The notes beneath the pieces were generated by a model. The model worked only from the letters and a program-made list of their open reading frames with translations, was not told where the DNA came from and did no database searches. A DNA stretch of 29,066 nucleotides from a virus (Duplodnaviria > Caudoviricetes): positions 1 to 29,066 of the IMG/VR virus record IMGVR_UViG_3300020406_000019; one strand, given 5' to 3'. The position numbers were made by a program, and so were the translations under genes. The first letter of the stretch is position 1. Every line of letters begins with the position of its first letter. Below are positions 1-8,324 of the stretch, piece by piece.

Positions 1-745
1 TGTCTCGTTTACCCCAATCTTGCTTGACTGGTTCTTTGATTGCTTCGTTGTCATAATAATACTTACGTTGTTTACTCAATAGAAATATGTACTCATGTGA
101 TTTAGTACACCTGTCCTTTACAGACTCTGGCATAGGGTTTGGTTTGTGCCATATAATATCCTGACGTAGATACCATCCATCTGCCCGCAATGCGAAAGCG
201 AGCATCCATGGTATACCTATCATGTCCTTCTCTTTCAGACCATCCAGTTTGTTTGCTCTTCTATTACACTCCTCTGGTAGGTCTTGATTTGTTCTACTTA
301 CTGTTTGTTTAGGTAGTCCACCTGTGCCTGGTCTGTAATTATAATAGCTATCACCTATGTTCACCCATAGTACACCATCATCTGCGAGTACATCACGTAC
401 CTCACGAAATACCTCTACAAGTGACTGTACGAACTCTTCGGGAGTCTCTTCTAATCCTATTTGACTGTCCTGTCTGATAGCACCACACTTGGGGCATGAT
501 GTTTTGTAGATAGCATCACCCACACCTGACATCTGATCATGGTTCTTATGTCCAGTGATACAATGATCAGGATTAACCTTTGAGTCTCTCATGTGGTTAC
601 AGTTAGGGTCACCACCTATCCATGTTGCTGTACCATAGTCACGTAGACCATAGTAAGGAGGTGATGTCACACACATTTGAGCACTGCCACGTGGGAACTG
701 TTTGAGTGTCTTCTTACAGTCTCCAAATAATATAAGATCTACCAT
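1..745 (-). CDS. DNA methyltransferase, beta-class N4-cytosine/N6-adenine family (3'-truncated by window edge)
   Basis: Not in the ORF track; translated by hand from ATG at 745: MVDLILFGDCKKTLKQFPRGSAQMCVTSPPYYGLRDY...QIGLEETPEEFVQSLVEVFREVRDVLADDGVLWVNIGDSY...GIPWMLAFALRADGWYLRQDIIWHKPNPMPESVKDRCTKSHEYIFLLSK. The catalytic motif IV (TSPPY) is N-terminal, as in beta-class enzymes. The start overlaps the upstream stop. Confidence 0.93.
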   Translation of the reverse strand, partial: MVDLILFGDCKKTLKQFPRGSAQMCVTSPPYYGLRDYGTATWIGGDPNCNHMRDSKVNPDHCITGHKNHDQMSGVGDAIYKTSCPKCGAIRQDSQIGLEETPEEFVQSLVEVFREVRDVLADDGVLWVNIGDSYYNYRPGTGGLPKQTVSRTNQDLPEECNRRANKLDGLKEKDMIGIPWMLAFALRADGWYLRQDIIWHKPNPMPESVKDRCTKSHEYIFLLSKQRKYYYDNEAIKEPVKQDWGKRD

Positions 746-993
746 ATCTCCTCTTCATCTGTCCATGTGTACGTGTAGTTATATTCATCCTCTTCATCGA
801 ACTGTGCTTTATCATACTGCATCATACGATAACCAGTTTCAGATCCAGCTCTGATACTACTGTCTCCCTCATTCATAGACCACACCCATTGTAACCACTC
901 TGTGATCTCGTGATCAGGGAGTGTCTTCATCATGTGTTCTAATAAAAATTCAAACTGAGCACGTGACAGGTGCTTATGCTTGATTCTTGGCAT
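739..993 (-). CDS. hypothetical protein (84 aa, acidic aromatic C-terminus)
   Basis: The ORF fills the gap between neighbours with short overlaps at both ends. No recognisable motif. Confidence 0.7.
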   Translation of the reverse strand: MPRIKHKHLSRAQFEFLLEHMMKTLPDHEITEWLQWVWSMNEGDSSIRAGSETGYRMMQYDKAQFDEEDEYNYTYTWTDEEEIW

Positions 994-1663
994 TGCGTTC
1001 TCTAAGTATGATTTTATTGTCGATCCACATACTAATATAATCAGTTATGGTCTCTTCAATGTTTACTTCATCTAACCAGAATTCTACCATATATCCTGAG
1101 TTTAGCAACTTAAGTTTACCCTTACGTTTAACTAGGTATGGTTTTCCTGCGGTTACGATGTCTCCATCATACCACATATCTTGCGTTGCGACAACCACCC
1201 TGTCCGTACGGTCAAATAATATATCACTGTCTATTTTAGTTACCTTCCTATTATAATATCCCAGTGCGTCACTGCCAGGATCAGGTCCTATACAAATAGC
1301 ACTAGCATTATCAGTCAGTGCTGTGAGTCTAGTCATCCCTGCCATCTTATAGTTTAAATATGTCCCTGCCTTGTACATCAGCATGTGTGGTATCCCTGCT
1401 GTCTCTGACATCCACACACCACTGGTAAATAACAGACACCTGTTATGTAAATAGAACTTATCTAAGTATGCTCTAGCTGGCATGTGATCTTCATGTCCAG
1501 ACATACCTACCTTATTATATACTCTCTCCAATACATCAGTAGGAACCTTGATGATCTTACTCTCAGGGTCGTCTCCTATGAATTTGTATCCTTTATGTAC
1601 GTTGTTATAATATAAAACTGTAATCTCATGACCGAAATCTTGGATTACTTTCTCACTCAACAT
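974..1663 (-). CDS. hypothetical protein, paralogue of 1653..2414, possibly cupin-like (229 aa)
   Basis: Start re-called to ATG at 1663 (MLSEKV...), preceded by AAAGGATTAT (Shine-Dalgarno) and overlapping the upstream stop. Shares H.R..LFTS..W, P-H..Y.AG.Y...KM.G..RLT and C.GP with the upstream gene. Confidence 0.75.
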   Translation of the reverse strand: MLSEKVIQDFGHEITVLYYNNVHKGYKFIGDDPESKIIKVPTDVLERVYNKVGMSGHEDHMPARAYLDKFYLHNRCLLFTSGVWMSETAGIPHMLMYKAGTYLNYKMAGMTRLTALTDNASAICIGPDPGSDALGYYNRKVTKIDSDILFDRTDRVVVATQDMWYDGDIVTAGKPYLVKRKGKLKLLNSGYMVEFWLDEVNIEETITDYISMWIDNKIILRERNAKNQA

Positions 1664-2414
1664 ATAATCCTTTCTCGTGACTGTATTTGTATTCTTTGGG
1701 CACTCTGTCCACAAATTCAATCAGTCCATCCTCGAACTGTTGTAACCACTGTCTGCCTGTAGCAACAGGATCAATATTATTTGTTGTGAACTCAATGAGC
1801 CATGTTGGTTTAGTTACATTGAATGACTGCCAGTCCGTGACTGTGCACTTGAATGCCATGTGTCTCTTCAATAGAAATCCTTGAATGTAACAATCTTCTG
1901 TTGGTACTATTATACTTCCTTCTGTCTCTGGTTTGAATCTACCACTGGTCTCAAATTTATATACTGTCCTCTGATAGTTTGTAGCATCCATAGGTCCTAC
2001 ACATACTGAGGATCCATCTTTCTCTACACTTGTGAGTCTAGACACACCTGGCATCTTAAACTGTGAGTATGCTCCTGCGTGGTATAACAGACTGTGATCA
2101 GGCATGTTGAGTGCATCTGTTCTCCACTGTGATGTGAATAGTACTGTCCTATGGTGTACTGTGGCATGATCATAACCATACTTACGTAGCAATACTTCAT
2201 TAGTTGCTACCTTACCACTAGGATTTTTGGTGATCCAGTCCTCTAGTAAATCAAACTCTGGTTTCACCTCTGTTATATCAGGGTCGTTACCAAATATTTT
2301 CTTACCTTGACGTGCACTCACACATGATAATATCTCAAACCCATGTTGTTCGATCTTCTTACCGAACCCATACGCTGCTATATCATATGATTTGTTAGTG
2401 GTAATGTCATACAT
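1653..2414 (-). CDS. hypothetical protein, paralogue of 974..1663, possibly cupin-like (253 aa)
   Basis: Long ORF, TAATG-coupled to the upstream gene. Motifs HHRTVLFTSQW and YHAGAYSQFKMPGVSRLT...CVGP. Confidence 0.8.
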   Translation of the reverse strand: MYDITTNKSYDIAAYGFGKKIEQHGFEILSCVSARQGKKIFGNDPDITEVKPEFDLLEDWITKNPSGKVATNEVLLRKYGYDHATVHHRTVLFTSQWRTDALNMPDHSLLYHAGAYSQFKMPGVSRLTSVEKDGSSVCVGPMDATNYQRTVYKFETSGRFKPETEGSIIVPTEDCYIQGFLLKRHMAFKCTVTDWQSFNVTKPTWLIEFTTNNIDPVATGRQWLQQFEDGLIEFVDRVPKEYKYSHEKGLYVE

Positions 2415-2875
2415 TAGCTATTCAATTCTTTGATAAGGTTTTCAAACTGGTAGTCAAAGTCATCTTCATGGAAGATAGTTGTGATCCTACTCTCTGTGAG
2501 TAGTGGATCAAAGTGATTTGCTCGTTGCTTATGCATCTCTGTTAGATGTGCTTCTAGCTCAGTCGCTGTGACTGTCTGCTCCTGTGTCTTGATAGTATTA
2601 CATGTTGTGAGCTGTTGTGATGCATCAGCTTCCTTGTTCTTCTGCAGTAATACTGCATCGAATACCATCTTTGCTATTTGTAGACGTACTGGTTCCTCTG
2701 TGTTGAGGTTCCATGCATCTATTATCATATCTTCTGGTTGAGTTGATAACTCACTACAGTTGATTGATACTGTTATTTGCTTCAGTTCATCGTCAATCTC
2801 TGTGATAGTAAACTTCACTGAGTCTGCACCATATACTTTGAACTGAGGTTCTTGTTGTAGTTCTGATTGTGCCAT
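2414..2875 (-). CDS. hypothetical protein (153 aa), possible tail-fibre/adhesin assembly factor
   Basis: TAATG-coupled to the adhesin gene and to the next gene. Function inferred from position only. Confidence 0.65.
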   Translation of the reverse strand: MAQSELQQEPQFKVYGADSVKFTITEIDDELKQITVSINCSELSTQPEDMIIDAWNLNTEEPVRLQIAKMVFDAVLLQKNKEADASQQLTTCNTIKTQEQTVTATELEAHLTEMHKQRANHFDPLLTESRITTIFHEDDFDYQFENLIKELNS

Positions 2876-3795
2876 TAGTTTCCTGATCTACCTCTACGGT
2901 CTCCTGTTGCCACCCATGAGTATACATAGGACGCTCCATCTATATAGTACCCACTGTTACCGTTAGAACCTGAGTTACCACCTGAAGCATTCTGACCAGG
3001 ATTACCACCCTTACCACCTGAGTTGGATCCACATCCATTTCCTGATCCACCGTTACCACCTGAGTTGTAACTACCATTATTACCACCCTGTCTGCCAGAG
3101 CCAGCAGGGATACCAGCTCCACCGCCACCTCCTCCACCAGAGGCTGGGTTGTAATTATATCCTGTACCCTGTGCGTAACAGTTCTTACCACAGTTATAGT
3201 TGTAATAGTATGTGCCTACACACTGACCGTTGTTACCACCACGGCCACCACCGCCACCGCCCCACATATTACCGTTGTTCTCGATGAATACTGGAGTTCT
3301 AGTATATAATGCTGTTCCTGCTGACTGTCCACCACTACCTATATTACCACCGTTACCACCATATCCTGCTATTCTTTTATTACTATCAATCTTGATGTAT
3401 ACACGTGAGTTAGTACCAAAGTTACCTATGTACACGCCAGGATTACCTCCTGCGTTACCTGTGACATGTATCACACCACGTATTCTATCTCCATTATTAT
3501 ATGTCCTGCCCAGTGATGGTGACTGATAACCACTGTTAGATAACCATGTGCCTAAGTTAAATGTCGAGGTACGTGTACCACCTAGAGTTACATAGAATGT
3601 AAATACATTCTCTGCATCGTGGAACTTTCTCCATGTACCACCAGATTTAACATATGCTTGCTTGACTGTACGCCATGACCCACCTGACTTGACTGATAAC
3701 TGGTCAACCCATCGCCATGTGCCACCTGATTTTATACGTGAGTGTAGGGTAGGACTGAGGTAGTTCGCTATCCCTGCATCATAAGGTAATCCCAT
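2875..3795 (-). CDS. glycine-rich tail-fibre tip adhesin, gp38 (T2/T6/S16-type)-like receptor-binding protein
   Basis: IAGYGGNGG...G.A...IENNGNMWGGGGGG and repeated GGxGG motifs match the polyglycine-sandwich adhesin pattern. Lies directly downstream of the large fibre gene. Confidence 0.75.
   Translation of the reverse strand: MGLPYDAGIANYLSPTLHSRIKSGGTWRWVDQLSVKSGGSWRTVKQAYVKSGGTWRKFHDAENVFTFYVTLGGTRTSTFNLGTWLSNSGYQSPSLGRTYNNGDRIRGVIHVTGNAGGNPGVYIGNFGTNSRVYIKIDSNKRIAGYGGNGGNIGSGGQSAGTALYTRTPVFIENNGNMWGGGGGGRGGNNGQCVGTYYYNYNCGKNCYAQGTGYNYNPASGGGGGGGAGIPAGSGRQGGNNGSYNSGGNGGSGNGCGSNSGGKGGNPGQNASGGNSGSNGNSGYYIDGASYVYSWVATGDRRGRSGN
3628..3732 (-). repeat. three 14-aa-periodic KSGG(T/S)WR repeats at the adhesin N-terminus
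   Basis: KSGGTWRWVDQLSV / KSGGSWRTVKQAYV / KSGGTWR at residues 22, 36 and 50. Confidence 0.9.
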
Positions 3796-3797
3796 AA

Positions 3798-6700
3798 TTA
3801 ATATCTATACCATATATCTCCATTGCTACCACCGCTAGGGTTGTTAGTGGAGATTGTTCGTGATCCGTATGCGTTGGATCCTGATCCTATTGTTAGTGTG
3901 AGTGCACCAGTGCTTGAGTTTAGACTGATACTTGAACCTTGGTTGCTGACTGCTAGTGATCTTACACCTGAGTTAGCAATAGTGATACTGTTAGCACCAT
4001 TAGTAACTGTGATACCACTACCCTGTGATATAGTTTGTAGTGAGAATCCACTAGATGAACCAATAAGTATCTGACCATTAGAGATAGATGAGGTGTTTAG
4101 ACCTGTACCACCGTATGCTCTGTTAATTATACTTCCTGACCATGTACCACTTGTGATAGTACCTACTGTAGAAAGAGATCCCGCTGAGGTTAAGTTGCTT
4201 AATGTATCTATAGCACTCTCGATAGTTGCTTCTGTTGTAGCATCAATGCTATCAATACCCTTCAATGAACAACTACCACCACTGTCTGAGATAACATTTG
4301 TTGATCCGACTGTGAGGTCACCACCACCAATAGTAAAGTCACCACTCAATGATAGTTCATTGTTAATGGTTGTAGTACCACTGCTAGCACCGATTGATAC
4401 GTTGGTTGCTGCTCCACCTATGTTTAGTGTGGTTGCTGTAGTATTGATTAAGTTGAATGTACTCTGGTTAGTTGTGATGTCACCACCATATACTGCCACG
4501 TCATTCGAGAATGTAGCCTGATTAGTTACTGCTAGTGTACCACCCAGTGATGTAGCACCTGTACCGACTGATAATCCACCATTAGATGTGATATTGATAC
4601 CTAAGCCATTGGAGAATGTTAAATCACCTGTAGCATCAGAGTTACCTGACCCACCTGTAATATGTAAATTACCTGTGTCAGTCAGTCCCTGCTTGACCCA
4701 GTAGTTACCATCCCAGTACCATCCTGTGTAGTATCCACGTGTAGGTAGCTCTAATAGTTTCCAGTCACCATCGTTTGCTGATCCAGTACCTGGCGATGAT
4801 CCTACAACGTCAATGTTTTTACTTGACTCACCTGTCTTACCGACTGTTATGTCAGCACAAGTAACTCTATCATTAATTGTAGTCTCACCCTGTACAAGGA
4901 ACTTACCTTTAAATTCTGTTGTTAGAGTATTACTCTCAATGGTTATCTTATCCCTTACAATGATCTCATCAAATGTAGGACGTAAGTTTGCTGTCTCACC
5001 AACAACTGATAACACTGGAGTGTCTAGTGATTCCTCTTCACCTGTAACTGAGCTGATACGTGTGTTACCTATGAATAGGTCACCATTACTGTTCAGTCCA
5101 GAGTAGAATGCGATACCACCCTCTTCCTTCTGTGACTGTGCTAATAGTATCTCATTCTCTGTAAGAACTCTGTTCTGTACTGAAGGTAGACCAGTTGAAT
5201 AGTTACCTGGTCCGAAACCAACGTATTCAAATGTGTGGTTACCTGATCTTAAGATACTAGGTCGTCTAACTTCTAGGTCTGTACCACCTGTAGCATTCAG
5301 TGGTATCATTCTGAGTGATAGATCTAACTCTTCTGCGTCACCATCACGTGCTTCTAGTGTGATGTAGTTAGCAGTGGCAGGGTCAGCTGAAGCATAGTTG
5401 ACGTAATTATTTTTCTGTTCAACAATATAATCAGATACTATTTCTTTAGTAATAGATCTTGATAAGTCCTCAGCACCACTACCATCTGTTGTGGTAACAA
5501 GTCCAACAATAGTATTAGATGCGACTGAGGTTGCCTTGAGTGGATCTTCTGTTGGGTTGTCCTTATCTAACTGTGGATATAGGTTGTTAATATTCTGAGA
5601 GAACGCAAAGTTACTAAGGTTACCATTAGACGGACTGATCTTACCATTTAACATGGTTAGATAATATATACCGTTCTGTGCTCCTGACTGTAGTGGTTGT
5701 ACTTTCTCAATGTCATAGATGTAGTAAACTTTGTCGTATGACTGTCCAGTAGCAACGTTACGTGGCTGAATAATATAACCGTTGATTGGGTCTCTTGATA
5801 GAACTGAGCTGTCTACCTCATATCTGAATCTATATGTTCTGTCTCTAGATGACCTGTTGTCTGGTATTCTCATCATGTATGATGCACCAGTAAACAGTGA
5901 CGTTGCATAGAATGCTTCGTTACCTAGATGATAGTGTATACCATAGGATGTGTTGCTGCTAGTCGCTGCTGTGATTCTTACATACCATGTGTTGAGCTGA
6001 TCATCAAACTGTAGTGGATGATTAGGGTCACCAGGTACAAAATTCTGTGTGGTTATATTAGTGAAATGATTATCAGCAACTGTAGGACTACCTGTTGGTG
6101 TGATATTAGTATAGTATGTCTTAGGTGTTGATCCATCAATCAATGACACATACAATACATCATTGATACGTGCACCAAGGTTGTAACCCTGTAATTTATA
6201 TGGAGGTTTAGTTGCCTCTGAGTTATATCCATAGAGATATAATCTTGTGTCTACATCTCCAATATACGACCACGTGACTCCACCGTCAGATCTGGCAAGA
6301 GGTGCGGTATCCCACGTGGGAGGAGTACTGCCAGTAGTACCACCAGTAGCAGTATAATACGCTTTACCACCATAAACTACACTTGTATTTGCTGAAAGAG
6401 TTGTTGAGCTCGACCATGTATTCTTAGCAGTGCCGACTGTTCTGCTACTATTATATTTTATCTTCTGTACGTCTAGAGCTATGTAACCAACAGGTATCTC
6501 ATCTATGCTACCACTGTAGACTGTTGTACCAGTCACTGTGCTACCACGATATCCTCTGTTCAATGTAAGAGTACCATTAGTAGCAACACTTTCTATTTGA
6601 TACGACTCTGAAGCATCAATAGCAGTGATACGAATGAATTGATTAGCAGTCAGTCCATGAGTAGCATTCAGTGGACTAGGTGTGACTGTTCTATTATTAA

Positions 6701-8324
6701 GAGTAGCATTGAATGTATATCCTGATACCTCTGTATATGTTCTAGTTAATTTCTTAGGAGGTATGACGTGTGTGACCTTACCAGCTTTATCCTGTGTGAA
6801 TGGTAGAGTCTTGAATCCTTTCGCTCTTAGAGCTGTAGATCCGAAGTTTGAGTTAGAGTTGGTAATTGACTGGTCGCCACCACTAAGGGCAACGAAATGA
6901 TCAGCGAAACCAACAGCGAAAACAGAAACAGCTTGGATAACTGCGTCATTAGAGCATTTGACGTGGAAGTTTCGATACGTCGGTCTGTAGATACTGTCGC
7001 CATCTGTATGATTACCCGCTATGTAAGTTGAGCCATCCCATTTAATGAAAGCATTGTCATCTTTCTGCAGTGATACTCCAGTGAACTGAGCAACAACCAT
7101 AGATTTGAATCCAGTTGCCTTAGCACCATCAGCATGCATACCACATGTACCCCACGTTGATCGTAGAGATATGTTGAATATGTATGGTGACGCTGAGTCA
7201 ACGTTGTCAATCTCAACTCGTACTGTAGAACCAGTAGCAGTTGGGTTGTTAGCAGGAGCAGCCTGCGTAGGGTCTTTAATTATATATCTGAAGGTTGTTG
7301 TGGTTGGTACTTCTGTAATAAAATATGAACCGTTAAATCTACCAGCCACAGACCCTGAGACACCTTCGATTTGAACTGGCGTTCCGTTAGAAAATCCATG
7401 AGGAGTTGTTGTTGTTACCTCTGCTGTTGTAGTATACACACCACTGTTGATGTAGTCTGTGACTATACTACTGATAGTAATAGGACCTGAGGTATTAGGA
7501 CCTACAATTCTATTTTCCTCAACTCTCTTCTGGAACTCATCAGCTGCTGTAACTCCAGTAGTGTCAGGGATATCATCAAATGCTTTTGCTACCTTTTGAT
7601 AGTATAAGTCTAGGTCAGTGATAGTAAGAGCGTTGCCCAGTGTGTCATTGACTGTGCTCAAAACATTTTTACCATCAGCATATTCAAAGCAACACAATTT
7701 GTGGTGAGAATATGTTGGAGGTGTTGATGCTGTAGGTTGAGCAGGGTCAGTGTATACACCAGTGTTAGGACCATCAAAGAATGAGAACTGCCAGAAATAA
7801 CATCCACCAGTAACACGGAAGATAGCTGATCTTTCGATTGATCCAGATGCAGGATCAGGAACATATAGTGGTTTTAGCTTAGTCTTTCTAAGATCCATAC
7901 CCACGAGGGATGTACCTCTTGGGATAATAATACCACCTTCTACACTATTAAATTTGTATAGGAGGTTGTTAGGGTTGGGTGTGCCATCTGTATTCTGTAA
8001 GTCTAAGTCAGATGCACTACTTAATATGGGTATATCGTCGTCTATAAATGCTTGTCCAGATGTATTTGTACCTGGTCTGTTATCTAGTACATACTCTGAG
8101 GGATATAATACTATAGTAAATGACTCGAAAGCATCGTTGAACTGTCCAGTACGATATGAGAATCGTGCTGACTCAACCAGTGCTCTTTGTATTGACTTGA
8201 ATGGTCTGTTAGGACTATTACCTCTGTTGTCAAAAGAATCCGATGCGTCGAAATCGTCTGGGTTGACGTAGATACAACGACCTGTCTTCGAGGTAAAGAC
8301 ATTCTTTAGTCTAGTTAGTGCCAT
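3798..8324 (-). CDS. large tail fibre / virion structural protein (1508 aa)
   Basis: N-terminus MALTRLKN...IYVNPDDFDASDSFDNRGNSPNRPFKSIQRAL is typical of cyanophage fibre-like structural proteins. G/S/T-rich beta-repeats, GTWSG..I...GGTG motif, C-terminal PSGGSNGDIW motif. Confidence 0.8.
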   Translation of the reverse strand: MALTRLKNVFTSKTGRCIYVNPDDFDASDSFDNRGNSPNRPFKSIQRALVESARFSYRTGQFNDAFESFTIVLYPSEYVLDNRPGTNTSGQAFIDDDIPILSSASDLDLQNTDGTPNPNNLLYKFNSVEGGIIIPRGTSLVGMDLRKTKLKPLYVPDPASGSIERSAIFRVTGGCYFWQFSFFDGPNTGVYTDPAQPTASTPPTYSHHKLCCFEYADGKNVLSTVNDTLGNALTITDLDLYYQKVAKAFDDIPDTTGVTAADEFQKRVEENRIVGPNTSGPITISSIVTDYINSGVYTTTAEVTTTTPHGFSNGTPVQIEGVSGSVAGRFNGSYFITEVPTTTTFRYIIKDPTQAAPANNPTATGSTVRVEIDNVDSASPYIFNISLRSTWGTCGMHADGAKATGFKSMVVAQFTGVSLQKDDNAFIKWDGSTYIAGNHTDGDSIYRPTYRNFHVKCSNDAVIQAVSVFAVGFADHFVALSGGDQSITNSNSNFGSTALRAKGFKTLPFTQDKAGKVTHVIPPKKLTRTYTEVSGYTFNATLNNRTVTPSPLNATHGLTANQFIRITAIDASESYQIESVATNGTLTLNRGYRGSTVTGTTVYSGSIDEIPVGYIALDVQKIKYNSSRTVGTAKNTWSSSTTLSANTSVVYGGKAYYTATGGTTGSTPPTWDTAPLARSDGGVTWSYIGDVDTRLYLYGYNSEATKPPYKLQGYNLGARINDVLYVSLIDGSTPKTYYTNITPTGSPTVADNHFTNITTQNFVPGDPNHPLQFDDQLNTWYVRITAATSSNTSYGIHYHLGNEAFYATSLFTGASYMMRIPDNRSSRDRTYRFRYEVDSSVLSRDPINGYIIQPRNVATGQSYDKVYYIYDIEKVQPLQSGAQNGIYYLTMLNGKISPSNGNLSNFAFSQNINNLYPQLDKDNPTEDPLKATSVASNTIVGLVTTTDGSGAEDLSRSITKEIVSDYIVEQKNNYVNYASADPATANYITLEARDGDAEELDLSLRMIPLNATGGTDLEVRRPSILRSGNHTFEYVGFGPGNYSTGLPSVQNRVLTENEILLAQSQKEEGGIAFYSGLNSNGDLFIGNTRISSVTGEEESLDTPVLSVVGETANLRPTFDEIIVRDKITIESNTLTTEFKGKFLVQGETTINDRVTCADITVGKTGESSKNIDVVGSSPGTGSANDGDWKLLELPTRGYYTGWYWDGNYWVKQGLTDTGNLHITGGSGNSDATGDLTFSNGLGINITSNGGLSVGTGATSLGGTLAVTNQATFSNDVAVYGGDITTNQSTFNLINTTATTLNIGGAATNVSIGASSGTTTINNELSLSGDFTIGGGDLTVGSTNVISDSGGSCSLKGIDSIDATTEATIESAIDTLSNLTSAGSLSTVGTITSGTWSGSIINRAYGGTGLNTSSISNGQILIGSSSGFSLQTISQGSGITVTNGANSITIANSGVRSLAVSNQGSSISLNSSTGALTLTIGSGSNAYGSRTISTNNPSGGSNGDIWYRY

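Noticed and set aside
3140-3230. Diversity-generating retroelement variable repeat (AAC/TAC-rich adhesin loop)
   Set aside because: No reverse transcriptase and no second near-identical template repeat are visible in the window. A DGR acting from elsewhere in the genome cannot be excluded.
3793-3803. Read-through or frameshift fusing the 1508-aa fibre to the adhesin
   Set aside because: The junction is TAT TAA TT ATG: out of frame, no slippery sequence, and a normal ATG start.
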